Positions 11,534-25,400 of a DNA stretch of 64,000 bases are shown piece after piece. The position numbers and the translations under genes are program-made. The stretch spans positions 9,364,001 through 9,428,000 of the forward strand of contig NC_087438.1 of assembly GCF_036321535.1 (NCBI RefSeq), given 5' to 3'. This stretch comes from Camelus dromedarius. Lineage: Eukaryota. The notes under the pieces are model-generated. The model searched no databases and was not told the DNA's origin. It saw nothing but the letters and a program-made list of their open reading frames with translations. Position 1 is the stretch's first letter; the number at the start of each line of letters is the position of its first letter.

Positions 11534-13254
11534 TTGGGAAGGGAATGGTAGACTATCTAGATGGAAACTTACTTACAAAAACTTCAATGAAGAGATTTCA
11601 CTGGGTTTTCTAGACAGAGAAGCAAACTAATAAACAGATGACCTGAGTCAAAGATAGCCAAGCCTTCTGCATTAAGCATGTTTCTTATTAAAATTTGATG
11701 CCTGCTTTGTGTTTTCACAAACAGTAACAGTTCTTTTCAATCTGTGTGGTGAAGACAAGGAAAAGTTACCTGATTCTGCCCACACAATTCTGCACTTGAG
11801 TCTGGCCAGGTTGGTTCTCAGCCGAAACCATTCAATAACCCAACCAAACTGAGGCTCCCTCAAACCTCAAGGCTAGACTTCAAGTACATCAGTGAGCTTA
11901 CGATTCTTTTGTACAATTTGTCTATACATTAACTACGTTTGTCAGTTAATTCTGTGATCCACGTTCCATGGGCTCTGACTCTTATGGTCCAACAGTAATA
12001 TCTTTCTCATGTTACAGGCATGTGTACAGTCTTTCCCAGAAACTAGTTTAGCTCACAAGAAGAAAAATAAGGAATGCTATGGATCTTTCTGACCAGAGAT
12101 GCTGCAGAGAAATCTCTTCTACAATTCTTTTACGGGAAGAGACCAGTGATATTTCCAGGTAAAAGAAAAAGAAAAAGTAGTTGAAAAAGAATTGTTCAAT
12201 TCAAATCATGTGTTCTAAAACATTATGCAGAGCAATGACAATAGTTCTGAAGTTTGGTCTTGAGGTAATATTAATGCCCCCAAAATGACCATTTAAAACA
12301 TAATTCAAAGAAGAATGTGATTCACCACTTAGAGATAGTGGTGGATATTGAATGGTAAGGGGAGGAAAGGTGAAATGCAGGTGGAATATCCTCTCATACC
12401 TACATTAAAATTACTTTTCACTTCTCTTCTAATCACCAGATAAGAAAAATAAAAACAAAACATGTTCCTTAGGTAGTTTCTGGCAAAAAAAAAATGAAGG
12501 CTGTTCTTGTGGAAGCATAACCTCTGTTTTGAATGGTCATATTAATTATCGGAAAACCTGCTTCCAAATTCATGAGATTTATGCTTAACTTTCTTCATTG
12601 AAAACTTGACATGTTTCTAAACAAAGTTTTATGAGGACTAAGTAAGTGCTTATGAACTTTGTTTTCAATGCATTGTCACATATGAGCTGTTTGTAAATAA
12701 GAATTCTGGATTCCTAATGCCCCCATTTTTCTTCTTTATTTGAACTCTCGATTTCTCAGCTCATTTGCTCCCAAGGTCTCCAAACACTACTGGCCTTATA
12801 AGGTCTCACCCAAAAACTGCCTAACGCCCATATACCACGTTCAACCATTCCAATGGCAAGAATAATATTTAGTTCTTCCTTTATGAGTGAAAACTTAGCA
12901 CTGACCTATGACAATACTGTCTATCATCTGCCTTCTATAAACCACCTGCATCCATCAGTAAATCTCTTTGGGATGGATCGTTACTGAACTAGAATATGAC
13001 AGATACCTGCAATCCTGCGTCTGCTATGTTTGCCACCCATTTCTCATCCCGCTCTTTACAGCTGTTAATTGATAATAGAACGTAAAATGATTGTCATATT
13101 CAAATCCTGTCCAAATATACATCCCCAGTAGTTCCCTTGTCCTGTGATAGTTTTCTTCGGTGACCCTGACCTGTAGAGATTTCTGTCTTTTCCCCCAGGG
13201 CAGTTTCATTTACGGCTCCCAGCATAAACTTAATCACATACATTTAAATTCAAT

Positions 13255-13390
13255 AGTTGTTCTCTGTGTAAATTACTTCCCCAGCAGTGCTTAATCTCCT
13301 TGTCAGTAGGACTATGTTATTTTTCCTGTGTATTCCATGAAGCATCTAGAATATTACTCAGTAGGTACTTGAAAAGGTTGATAGATTTGA
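13255..13390 (+). mobile_element. L2 3' fragment
   Basis: cttaatctccttgtcagtaggactatgttattttt...gtattcca...gcatctagaa...cagtaggtact. Confidence 0.55.
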
Positions 13391-13699
13391 TTTAGTAATG
13401 TCATAAAAGGGAAATTATAAAGAATATTTAATCTCTTCAACTGTTAGTTTTCTAGACTCAAGTTCTTATTTGTATGTAAGTTGCTAAACTGTAAACTCCC
13501 GGGAACCGGAGAATGCATCCTATGGATACATGTGCCCCCTCAGCACCCATCGCAGTGCCCTCTAAGTTAGCATGTGAGCTGGATGAAGCAAGGCTGTTGA
13601 TTCTTTCTTTCACTTCTACAACCTGACATGTTGTCCATACCATACCATGGACCCTAGATAAACGCTTGTTGAATGAAGAAAGTGAGTTTTATTAGATAA

Positions 13700-14220
13700 T
13701 TCCTGGGATGTCTTCCTAGTCCACATTCCTTTTTTCTGTGAACCCCTCCTCCCTAACCAAAGGTGGGTCCCTTAGGCAGTGATGTACCTCCTATTTTTGC
13801 CATAACTGATTGAACCTATAGGACAAACCTGGTACACAACTAGCCAGTCAGATTCCCCTGTATTTTTGCTGAAATATTAGTTCTGGGACAACAGAGTACC
13901 TTGCAGCAACCAAAGCTTGTGGGTATAGTGGATTGCAGGCCACATGCTACCATGGCAACAGATGGCATTACTCTCAAGCACAATGGCTCTAAGGAGCAGA
14001 GAATTCAGTCTGTGGAGAGAGATGCAGCAAAGGCCAAGAGGAGGAGAGTCAAGAGACCAGGAGACCAAGAGACCAAGCTTTGCCCATTTTCTGGCTCTAC
14101 CCCTAATCCCTTGAGAAGTTGGCTCATCTCCTACCCTGTTTCCGTGAGCCTCTCCTAGGAAGTAATAAGCTAGCCCTCAAGGTTTCCTGTTATTTATCAT
14201 GTCACCAAAAATATTTGACT
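13700..14220 (+). mobile_element. Old MaLR LTR (MLT1K/L-like)
   Basis: ctgattgaacc...gccagtcagattccc...gccacatgctaccatgg...gagagagatgcagcaaaggcc...ggtttcctgttatttatca...aaaatatttgactaat. Confidence 0.55.
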
Positions 14221-15343
14221 AATTTAAAATATTCAATAAAAACTATGTAATAGAGATTGAATTAAGAAGACATTGAGGGTATTTTAACTGGTAGTCAGCG
14301 GACTGGGACCCCTGCTGCAGCTCTGCCGGAGGCTGTGGCTGCACTTCATATTAGCTCATCCATTGGTGTATCAAGAATGCTGAGCCAGACGACGTCCTTC
14401 AGTGCTCCTCTCCCCCAGCGTCTGTGAGCCTGCCATGACACCAGTCACTTTGATGAAAACTGTAATGTTCAATTAGCCAAGGATTCCCCAATACCCAGGT
14501 ATTCTATCACACGTGAAGGACATACCTAGATATTTATAGCATTCTTTAGTTTTCGCCTAGATGGTTTAAATTAAATTGGTGCAGTCTCCTTTCAAATTCA
14601 CTTTTTAGCTCTTCACGCTCATGCAGCACCAGACTTTCTTTCTTTCCTTCCTGGGATCTTTCCAGATAATATTCATGAAATCAAAACTAAGCTTGAACGA
14701 GCTTTGCTAATCCATGTGCGTGGAACACCTGTCTTTTTTTGTATCTACAGAAGGCTCTTTCTCATTAAAAATTTAGTATCACAATTTTATGTTCTTTTGT
14801 TCTGAGTTTATGAAAGTAGCACTCCCAACAAAATTTACAAGATGTCCTGGGCATACGTAAATACAGAAAACTTGGTACGAGGCCTTGATAGCAATCACTG
14901 CAGATCCAAGGGACAGAAACTGAAAAGATAGCACATTGCAAAGAACCCAATAAACATTTATCATTGCATCTTAATAACCCTTTTCATGCTGACATCTATA
15001 AAGTTGTATAATAGTTTTTTTAGATTAAATCACAGTTGTTAAAGTTTGGAAAAAAGTGCCTTTTGAACTCTTAGCTCATTCTGCTCTTTTCTTTCCCCTG
15101 TTAAACAGCTGTAGAATGTCTCCTGACTCAAATCAAAGAGCATGCATAAAACTATATTTATGTGATACAGCAACTTTTGCTGCCTAAAAATGCTTTAAAC
15201 ATTCTCTCAGAGCTTTGCCCATAATACTTTGTTCATGTAGCTATCTATCTTCATGTCTTTCCAGGACAACTCCTGTTAAAAAGATGGCAGAACTACCTTC
15301 CTGCCCCTGAGCTCATCATTAGAAGCACAGCAAAGACATGAGG

Positions 15344-15737
15344 ATTTCTTTTTGTTTTCTTTTTTGTTTTTTATTGAAGTATAGTCAGTTTACAGTGTTG
15401 TGTCAATTTCTGGCATACAGTATGATGTTTCAGTCATACATACACATACATATATTTGTTTTCATATTCTTTTTCATTATAGGTTACTACAAGATATTGA
15501 CTATAGGTCCCTGTGCTATACAGTATTAACTTGTTTATCTATTTTATATATAGTGGTTAATATCTGCAAATCTCGAACTCCTAATTTATTCCTTCCCACC
15601 CTCTTTCCCCTTGGAAACATGAGTTTGTTTTCTGTCTGTGAGTCCATTTCTGTTTTGTAAATAAATTCATTTATGTCCTTTTTTTTTTTTTTTTTTGACT
15701 ACACATATGAGTGATATCATATGGTATTTGTCTTTTT
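15344..15737 (-). mobile_element. L1 3' UTR fragment (camelid lineage)
   Basis: ttattgaagtatagtcagtttacagtgttgtgtcaatttctggc...cacatatgagtgatatcatatggtatttgtctttt. Confidence 0.9.
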
Positions 15738-15839
15738 CCGGCCATAAGCCAATTTCTAACCTCCTGAGAGCCAACCCATTGGAGCACCCAGACTCATTTT
15801 CATGCAGTAGAATAATTACATGGGTGGCTGACAGAAAGG

Positions 15840-16130
15840 GAGTTGGAAGAGCTGGCTGAATACCATGTATGAGGAGGGAAACCAAGAGATATGTTAAAAT
15901 GAGGATTCAAAAGAAATCATAGCAAATATGTGCATAGAACACCAGATAGTTTAGTTTGGCTGAGTTAGTATTGCATGAAGTGTGAGTAGGGAATAAATCT
16001 GGAAATTCAGATTAGAACCAGATTATAGATGGCATTGATTACCAGGCTAAGGAACCCAAACCTCAAACTATGTGAAAGACGTCTCTGATGATTTTCAAGC
16101 AGAGAACTGCCTGAGAGCAATGGAGACATA
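15840..16130 (-). mobile_element. L2 fragment
   Basis: gtttggctgag...gaaccagattatagatggcattgattaccaggctaaggaa...gattttcaagcagagaa. Confidence 0.6.
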
Positions 16131-16519
16131 ATAACAATATTAACTTCATTTACTGTGTCATAATCATCTACACTGGACATGGTATGCATGGAAAATAAAG
16201 ATTAAGACATAGTACTTGCCTTTAAGAGAAAAGAATACACACAATACAAAGTTAAATAATGAATAAAATATACCTATACTATAAGATAGAAATGGTTAAC
16301 TTCTATAAGAAAGGATCAAAATACTTTGGGAATCTTATCAGCATCATACATTCCTTGCCTCTGTATCTTTTCTCTTCTAGTCACTGATTCCATGTGGTTC
16401 ACTGCCAATTCTTTCTTGCCAACTCAGAAGCCAAGATTACTTTAGATGAAAATGATCAAATCACCTTTAGCCCAATACTCTGAGACTTAGCAAAAAAATT
16501 AACCTTACCACTCATGCTT

Positions 16520-16800
16520 AATTAATGTTACTGCTCATGTTAATAGCCATTGAACATACCATAGATGCAAAGCATATTCCTAATCATTTTACAAGACTTA
16601 TCTCATTTAATCTTTCCCAAAACACTACATGGTAAGTTTTCTTATCAATTTCTTTTTTTTTTTAACATTTTTTATTGAGTTATAATCATTTTACAATGTT
16701 GTGTCAATCTTATCGATTTCTAAGATAAGACTGAGAGATATTAAACAATTTGGCCAAGATGCAAAAATGTATGCTTTTAGCTCTTAGCCAACACATAAAC
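16520..16800 (-). mobile_element. MIR SINE split by a tiny L1 insertion
   Basis: cattgaacatacc...tctcatttaatctttcccaaaacactacatggtaag...[L1]...agataagactgagagatattaaacaatttggccaagat. Confidence 0.7.
16654..16707 (-). mobile_element. Extremely truncated (about 54 bp) young L1 3' end
   Basis: Poly-T then aacattttttattgagttataatcattttacaatgttgtgtcaa; 14-bp TSD tcttatc(a/g)atttct at 16640-16653 and 16708-16721. Confidence 0.85.
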
Positions 16801-17069
16801 TGCATACTCTGCAGTTTAAAATATAACCTCAGATCTGAAATCAAAAGCCCTCACATTGCCCTTAGTTTCTGCTTTTCCCCTGGGATCTCATCTCTCCCTT
16901 ATGCTCAGATTCTGTCTAGTCCCTGTGGTATGCTGAATCATTGCTCCCTCATCTCCAGTACCCCAACTCATCCTGGCTCCTATTGTAGAATAGAAACTTC
17001 TCCTCAGTTGCGTCTCTCAGGAAGGGCCTCCTTGCCTTGTCTGCTCATCTCCTGGGACAAGGGGGTCAA

Positions 17070-20040
17070 AAGTAACCAAGTGGTAGCCATAGATTTAAGT
17101 TTAGAAGGACTGCCTTTGCAACCATAGGTGGAAACATTCCCCCTCTTAGAACCAGATCTTCAGAGGTTGAGAGTTTTGTGAACAAGAAGCACAAATTCCC
17201 AGGTGTGCCATTGGGATAATAGTCCTTGGGGTACACATTAGTCTGATGCACTGCCAATACAACATACTATATACACCACGTAGCTCAAACAGCAGAAATC
17301 ATCTTCTCACAGTTCCGGAGGCTGGACAATCCAAAATCAAGCTTCCATGTAGTTAGATCTTTGGTGAGAGTTCTTTTGCTGGTTTTCAGGTGGCTGCCTT
17401 CTTGCTGTGTCCTCATTTGGCAAAGAGAGTGAGCTCTCTGATGTCTCTTCTTAGAAAGACGCTAATCCCATCAGTTTAGGGCCCACATTTAACAACTTTA
17501 CTAATGTATTGACTTCCATAAAGACCCTATCTCCAGATACAGTCACACTGGCAGTTAGGGCTTGAACATGAATTTTGGGGTCCCACAAACATTCAGAGCA
17601 TTCTACTCCAGGTCCCCTCAAATTCATGTCCTTCTCACATGCAAAAGGCATTCTTTCCATCCCAACCTCCCCAAAATTCTTAACGCATTCCAGCATCAAC
17701 TCTAAAGTCTAAAGTTCAAAGTCTCATCTAAATTTCATCTAAATCAGGTACAGGTGAGACTCAAAGTACACTTCATCCCTAGGCAGTTCCTCCCAAACTG
17801 TGAACCTGTGAAAACAAACGAATTATGTGCTCCCAAAATAGAATGGCGGGACAGGTATAGGATAGACTTCTCCATTCCAAAATGGAGAAATAGGGAAAAA
17901 GGAAGGGGTGACAGATCCAAGCAAGTCCAAAACCTAGCAAGGTGAAATCCATTAAAGATCAAGGCTCATCCAAGCCTCTTTGGCTCAGTTTCCCACCTTC
18001 TGCACCAATTGAGGTGGCAGTCCTGCCTTCAAAACCCACTGGCATGGTGGTCTGGCCTTCAAGGCTCTGGGGGGTGAGGAGGAGAAGGAGAGGATATCCC
18101 ACCCACAGGGCTCTGCCAGGTGGGGGCCCCATCCCCAAGGCTCTGGTTAGCAGCCGTCTGATCTGTTGAAGCAAAGGCATTCTTGGTTTATCCCCTACCC
18201 TGTGCTGTACTTGTGTCTTACCAAGGGCTCCAACAGGCTTGCAACTTCTTGTTCATCTATCCCAACTAATATGATGCCATCAACATAGTGGCTTCATGTG
18301 ACAGTGGGCCGAATAGTCTTAATCACTCCAGACTACATTAAGGCAGAGGGTGAGCCAGTACCACAGCCTGGGGTAACACCATAAATGTAAACTCTCACCA
18401 ACCCCATGCGAAGATGAGCTGCTTCTGACTCTCCCTGGAGGGATGAAAAGTAAGCATCCACACTACCCATGGCTGCATAGCAGGTGTCTGGAGCTCTATT
18501 ACTATGCTGTATAATATTACCGTATTTGCCACTGTTTGCACTATGACTTGGGTGAATTACATTGGTACAATGTCTTCCTCCGGGATCCATCTGTCTTTTT
18601 AGTGCCAAATCAGTAAATTTAATGGAGATATGATGGCAGCCATCATCTCTGCAGCTTTTATGTCTTTAAGCATGACCATACTCTCTGATATTTCCCCAAG
18701 AATGCAACCACTTGTGTTTTATTAACTTAGTCAAGAGTCTGGCAGTTTCAGAGGCTCTCCTGATAGTTTCTAATTTGATAGTTCTTATCAAGAGGCCCAG
18801 TGATTCTTCATTCCATTTGGACGTACAGGAAAGGGGAAATGATTACTGGGTAAGTCTGCGGATCCTCTATGAAACAGAACTAGATGAGGGTTCTATTTAT
18901 TAGCTTCACTATGCTCGCTCCCTAAAAGGGAATCCATGATGAATCTCAGGGTTCCCAAATAACAGTTTCAAGATGGAACTTTGCCTAATACTTCTCAAAA
19001 TATCTGGGTACTCTCCCTTTCCCTAGTAGACAGTTGTATGAGCGAAAGTCTGTAGGTCACTTTGGGGAAGGACTGGGGAATTATTACTACTTTACCCTCA
19101 TTCTGACCCCAGATTTTCTTTCAGTCTAATAAATTCAGTGTCTGAGAACTATCTTAGATCCAGAAATTATGCAAGGGATCATGACTTTTCATTGAGGTTC
19201 CTGCCCTCTGCCTCCTGATCACCTAGCCTTCACTTCTTCGGGTTATAGATTGAACAATGTCTTTGTTATTTGCTCTTATACTTTCATTCCCGAGGCTGGT
19301 GTGTTCTACTAAGCATATCCAGAGCTCTTTCATGTCAAGCACCCCCAGATGCCATTCTCATCTAGCTATTCATTCTGACTATTGTGTCCTCCTTAAAACT
19401 GCTGAATAAGCACTGTGATGTGGCCTCTGATATTTCAAGATCCTGTCATCTCCATTTCTATCAGACAGTCCAGCATTTCCTATTACCAAGATTTTTAATC
19501 CTAGTTGGCAACTGCTCCTTAACCAACTTTATAATCCACCCCTCTTGATCCAACCCTTTGACTATCTGAGCCCAAATCCATTCTCCCTGCTCCTGCTGGA
19601 GTATGTTGTTTAGACCTTGCAACAACTTGGCATATAGTCCCTTCCTGCTCTTTGTAGGCCCAGCTCTTTCCCAGTTGGGTCAGGAAGGAAGGTGGAATTA
19701 AATCTTGATGGAGCTATACGTGGTCTTGCAAGGCAGAAGCCTCTGCGGTGTCTTGAAGATAGGGAAGAATGCAAACCTCTCATAGGGAAGAGTGGGATAT
19801 TTCTGCAGAATTAAAAGGTTCAGGAGAAGCCAGGAACTCAAGGCTTTGAGGGCATCAATCCAGATGTTCCAAGTATAAGGGTCTCACTCCTTCACAATCA
19901 GGGTCCTGCCTCTGGCATACCAGATCTACAAATATTGAAGATTCAGCCAACTCTGGAGTTCTGCCACTGTTATCAACGAGACCTGAGCCAGATCATCATC
20001 ATCATTTTCTGCTTTCTAACTGCCTTGTTTCAATTGAGGC
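17070..20040 (-). mobile_element. Decayed ERVL-class internal region (gag to dUTPase/pol-like relics), interrupted by an MLT1 element
   Basis: GC-richer tract with ERVL-like segments (ggtagccatagatttaagttt...cattccccctcttagaaccagatcttc; ccctgtgctgtacttgtgtcttaccaagg; cccagatgccattctca) next to an LTR33-like LTR. No intact ORF. Confidence 0.6.
17255..18170 (-). mobile_element. MLT1A-like MaLR LTR (about 17255-17600) plus adjoining MLT internal sequence
   Basis: cagaaatcatcttctcacagttccggaggctgga...ccctatctccagatacagtcacactg...catgaattttgggg, then ccctcaaattcatgtccttctcacatgcaaaa...aagtctcatctaaat. Confidence 0.85.
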
Positions 20041-20240
20041 AAAGCCACCATGACTTTTTACCTCTATGTCAAGTCATTGGGTACAGATTCCCCCAGGAAG
20101 TAAGCATAACTTGGGCAAAGCAGCCTTCTCCAGCTAAGGGTAGTTCTTGGAGAAGAACTGAGCTGTGAGCAGTTGGTAGACAAGACTACCAGCAGCTGTG
20201 AGAATGCAGCTTAGTTCCTGAAGAAAACCACATGCCAGGG
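20040..20240 (-). mobile_element. LTR33-like ERVL LTR (probable 5' LTR of the adjacent provirus)
   Basis: cttgggcaaagcagccttctccagctaagggtagttcttggagaagaactgagctgtgagc...ccagcagctg...agttcctgaag. Confidence 0.65.
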
Positions 20241-20747
20241 TAAAGTCCTGAGCTAACTTCTAGGAACTTTCCTCTAAATTTGGTATTGATTAGTCCTGCT
20301 GCTAATGGTTAAGCTCATTTAGCCCTTTTCAAGACTCTCACGTATATCCCATATCACTCTTTTGCCTCAAAGCTATCTTGACATAATTAAATACAAGTTT
20401 TTGATCCCCTCCTGCCCTCTCTTGACAAAACTGGACAAACAGGATGTAAAGACAATGCCAAATTTAGTCCCATTATATGAGAGCTCCAATAAATGATATG
20501 AGCTGATTACAGACTTAAGGGGCTTCTGTTATTTGCAGTTTTGTATTTTAAGGACAGTCTCAGGATCTCATGAGCCTTCCATTTCAAGCTCACGATTCAT
20601 GGCATACAAGGAAAACATATTTTGAAGGAAAGAGCTTACTTCTCAAAAGCAGACTTAGTGACTGCTCATTTAGAAGGCCAGATGACAGTAAAATTTTGCA
20701 GTTTGGGTCATTATATATTACTTATTGACCATAGTACATAGGATGCT

Positions 20748-20851
20748 AAGGGGAGACAGATAGCACATGACAGGACACTACGTCTTTGCTTTAAAAAACA
20801 AGGGGAGACAGATAGCACATGACAGGACACTACGTCTTTGCTTTAAAAAAC
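20748..20851 (+). repeat. Perfect head-to-tail duplication, 2 x 52 bp
   Basis: aaggggagacagatagcacatgacaggacactacgtctttgctttaaaaaac at 20748-20799 and 20800-20851, with no mismatches. Confidence 0.97.
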
Positions 20852-20894
20852 CTCATTACATAGAAACAAACCTTATTTTATAGAAGGACAACAT

Positions 20895-21110
20895 CAATGT
20901 ATCCATTCAACTTTTGTGGACAAATGCCCAAATGCCAATCACTGTCTAGACAACTTAGGTGATACAAAAATTAACAACACTTGACCCCTGAGTCTAGGTT
21001 TGCAATTTAATTGGGAGAGGCAGAAAAATATAAAACTAACTACATTAGGTGAGACAGAGAACTAGGTAGTATAGAAAATGTGCAAGTAAAATATTGGGCA
21101 GAGGTGAGGG
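20895..21110 (-). mobile_element. L2 3' end
   Basis: atccattcaac...aatgccaatcactgtctagacaac...gatacaaaaattaacaa...cctgagtctaggtttgcaatttaattgggagaggcaga. Confidence 0.65.
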
Positions 21111-22334
21111 GGCCAAAATCATTTGCACTTTGATGTCTTTGGCACATACTTCACAGTTGTCATCAGCACCCATCAGAGAAAGTCCTAGACAACAGTTACT
21201 CTCATAGACGCTCACAGAGAACTAGGAATGTGAGAGCCAATGCAGCTGATCACACGGGCATGTGGGTAAGCAGCTCTCAAAGGCTGTAATCAATACTAGA
21301 AATGGAAGTAAATATGCCTAGAAAAGAACCCATCAGGGAGTAATGGGAAAATAATGCTTCTTCTGAAGCGAAAGGAAGCTATTGTCTTTAATATTTCTGC
21401 ATGTATTTGCTTGTTTTGTCTCGACTGATAAATGTGTGGCAGTTTTCTAATGGGAAAAGACACCAGCCATCTGAAATATAGGCCACTGACAGGAGGGGAA
21501 CCAGAAAATCAATACCTTACATCCAAGGAAGTATTGATCTGTTTAACAATTTTGGAAAAAAATACAATGTAGCCAAAAGTTGAATAGAAAAATGAACTTT
21601 ATACTGTGCCCCAAAGATAGCGATATATGAGCCCTGAAACCAAAAAGAAAAACTAATGCCAGAGAAATGTTAGTCACAGTTGAGAAACTTATATCCGGAG
21701 ATGATAATGAGTGACTTATGTCAAATTCCACTTGCTTATTGGCTAATTGTTACATTCCATTTCCACAAATACTGATTAGTGCAGCAGAATAGAGATTACT
21801 GTGCTGATTTCAGTATTATTACAAATAATGAAGTGTGAATTTTTAAGGATAAAATAGATGTAACTGAAAAATATGTATATTCATAACATCCTTAAAATGT
21901 TGTTTTCATGGCTAGACAGCTCTTAAAGTGACATATATAAGGCATGTGTTATCTGTTGACCCTAATGGTATTAATTTTGCCTCGAAAGTCAGTCAGCATT
22001 TCTCTCTCTCTCTCTCTCTCTCTCTTTTATTTATTTATTTTTTTCAGAGGCTTTGCATTTTTCTCTTCCAACTTATTAAAATATCCAGAGATTCCATTAT
22101 AGTCCACACCCTGAGAGGAAACGTCTGAGCAGGCAGCCCTGCTGGAAAATACAAGAGTACAGACTTTACTTCTCAGTTCCAGTATCTCAGTTACTCAGAC
22201 AACTTTTAAACATATGTATGAGTGTTTGTTCAAGGTTAAACGCCAAGGAAGAAAAGTTAGCATTAAAATCACTCCGCTCGTGTTTGACATTTCTGTAGTA
22301 AAGGATGATTATCCTTGACTTTAGATTATGTATC

Positions 22335-22405
22335 TTTTTTTTTAATTCAAGTATAATTGATTTACAAAGTTGTGCTAGTTTCTGGTGTACAGAATAGGGA
22401 TTCAG

Positions 22406-22459
<54 letters not shown>

Positions 22460-25400
22460 TTTTTCATATTCTTTTTCATTATAGTTTATTACAAGATATT
22501 GAATATAGTTCCCTGTGCTGTACAGTAGGACCTTGTTGCTTATCTATTATATATACAGTAGGTTGTATCCACTAATCTCAAACACCTAATTTATCCCCCC
22601 TCATCATCTCCCCTATGGTAACCATAAGTTTTCTACATCTGTGTGTCTGTTTCTGTTTTGAAAATAAGTTCATTTGTGTCATTTTTTAGATTCCACATAT
22701 AAGTGATATCATGTGGTATTTTTCCTTCTCTGTCTGACTTACTTCACTTAGAATGACAATCTCCAGGTCCATCCATGTTGCTGCAAATGACATTACCTCA
22801 TTCTTTTTTATGGCTGAGTAGCATTCCATTGTATATATATACTTAAACTTCATTATCCAGTTATCTGTCAATGGATATTTAGTTTGCTTCCATGTCTTTA
22901 CTATTGTAAATAATGCTGCTATGAACATTGGGGTACATGTATCTTTTTTAATTACAGTTTTCTTCTGATATATGCCCAGGAATGGAATTGCTAGATCATT
23001 TGGTAACTCTATTTTAGTTTTTTAAGGAATCTCCATACTTTTTTCCATACCAGCTGCACCAAATTACATTCCCAACAACAGTGTATGAGGGTCCCTTTTC
23101 TCCACACCCTTTCCAGCACTTTTTGTTTGTGGACTTTTTAATAATGGCCACTCTGACTGATGTGAGGTGATACCTCATTGTAGTTTTGATTTGCATTTCT
23201 CTGATAAGAAGCGATATTGAGCATCTTTTCATGTGCCTATAGGCCATCTGTATGTCTTCATTGAAAAAATGACTGTTTAGGTCTTCTGCCCACTTTTGGA
23301 TTGGCTTGCTTGTTTTTTGTTATTGACTTGTATGAGCTGTTTATATATTGTAGAAGTTAAGCCCTTGTCAGCCACATCATTTGCATATATTTTTATCCCA
23401 TTCTGTAGATTGTCTTTTCATTTTATTTATGATTTCCTTTGCTATGAAAAAGCTTATAAGTCTAATTAAGTCCCATTTATTTATTTTTGCTTTTATTTCT
23501 ATTGACTGGGTAGACCAACCTAGGAAAACGTTGCTAAGATTTATGTCAGAGAATGTTTTGCCTGTGTCGTCTTCCAGGAGATCCATGGTGTCCTGTCTTA
23601 TGTTTAAGTCTTTAAGCCATTTTAAGTTTACTTCTGTGTATGGTATAAGAAAGTGTTCTAACTGCATCTGTTTACATGCAGCTGTTCAGCTTTCTCAACA
23701 CCACTTGCTAAAGATGCTGTCTTTTCCCATTGTATATTCTCGCCTCCTTTGTCGAAGGTCAATTGACTGTAGGTGAGTGGGTTTATTTCTGGGCTCTCTG
23801 TTCTGCTCCATTGATCCGTATGTCTGTTTTTGTGCCAATACCATGCTGCTTTGATTACTGAAGTCTGAAAGGGTTATGCCTCCAGCTTCATTCTTTTTCT
23901 TCAGTATTGCTTTGGCAATTTTGAGTCTTTTGTGATTCCATACAAATTTTAAAATCATTTGTTCTACTTTTATGAAAAATATCCTAAGTAATTTGATAGG
24001 GATCACATTAAATCTGTAAATTGCTTTGGGTAGTATGGCCATTTCAACAATATTAACTCTTCCAATCCAAGAGAATATGATATCTTTCCATTTCTGTAAG
24101 TCATTTTTAATTTCCTTTATCAATGTTTTATAGTTCTCATCATATGTCTTTCACCTCCTTGGTCAAGTTTATTCCTAAGTATTTTATTTTTTATGCAATT
24201 TTAAAAGAGATTTTTTTTAACTTTCATTTTCTTATATTTTCTTGTTAGAGTAGAGAAATGCAACAGATTTCTGTATGTTAATCTTATATTCTGCTACCTT
24301 GCTGAATTCGTTTATCAGCTCTAGTAGTTTTTGTGCAGAGTCTTTAGGGTTTTCAATATATAGTATCATGTCATCTGCATATAATGACAATTTTACCTCT
24401 TCTTTTTTAATCTGGATCCCTTTTATTTCTTTTTCCTGTCTGATTTCTGTGGCTAGGACTTCCAATGCTATGTTGAATTGAAGTGGTGAGACTGGGCATC
24501 CTTGTCTTGTTCCAGATTTTAGCTGGAAGGCTCTCAACTTTTCACCATTGAGTATTATGTTGGCTGTGGGTTTGTCACAAATAGCTTTTATTAATTTGAG
24601 ATATGTTCCTTCTATACCCGCTTGGTAAGAGTTTTTATCATGAATGGATGCTGAATTTTATCAAATGCTTTCCCTGAGTCTAGTGAGATAATTACGTGGT
24701 TTTTGATTTTTCTTTTGTTGATGATGTGTCACATTGATTGATTTGCTTCTGTTGAACCTCGTGACCCTGGGATGATCTGACTTAATCTTAATGTATGATC
24801 TTTTTTATGTGTTGTTGGATTCCATTTGCTAATATTTTGTTGAGAATTTTTGCATCTATATTCATCAAAGTTATTGGTCTGTAATTTTCTTTTTTGGTAG
24901 TGTCTTTGTCTGTTTTTGGTAGCAGGGTGATGGTGGCTTCATAGGATGAGTTTGGGAGTGTTTCATCCTTTTCAGTCTTTTGGAAGACTTTGAGAAGTAT
25001 CAGTATAAATTTTTCTTTGTATATGTGGTAGAATTCCTGAGCGAAGCCATCCAGTCCTGGACTTTTGTTTGCAGGTGGTTTTTGTTTGTTCATTTGTTTT
25101 AATTATAAATTCGATTTCATTTCTAGTAAGAAGTCTGTTCAAATTATCCATTTCTTCTTGATTCAGTTTTGGTGGACTGTATGCTTCTAGAAATTTGTCC
25201 ATTCCTTTTAGGCTGTCCAATTTGTTGTCATGTAGTTAGTTATTCATACTATTCTTCTGTGTGTGTGTGTGTGTATGTTTGTATTTCTGTGGTTTTGGTT
25301 GTAATTTCCCCTCTTTCATGTCTTACTTTGTTTATTTGGGTCCTCCCTCTTTTCTTCTTGATGAGCCTGGTAATGGTTTTTTGCATTTGTTTACTCTTTT

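Noticed and set aside
13007..13170. Minus-strand exon candidate (tctctacag| ... GCAG|gtatct) overlapping a 61-aa ORF
   Set aside because: The acceptor lacks a real polypyrimidine tract, the donor is weak and all frames contain stops.
22686..25220. Reverse-transcriptase-like ORFs as a functional gene or novel RT system
   Set aside because: They are fragments of an ordinary 5'-truncated L1 ORF2 broken by many stops and frameshifts, lacking ORF1 and the 5' UTR promoter.
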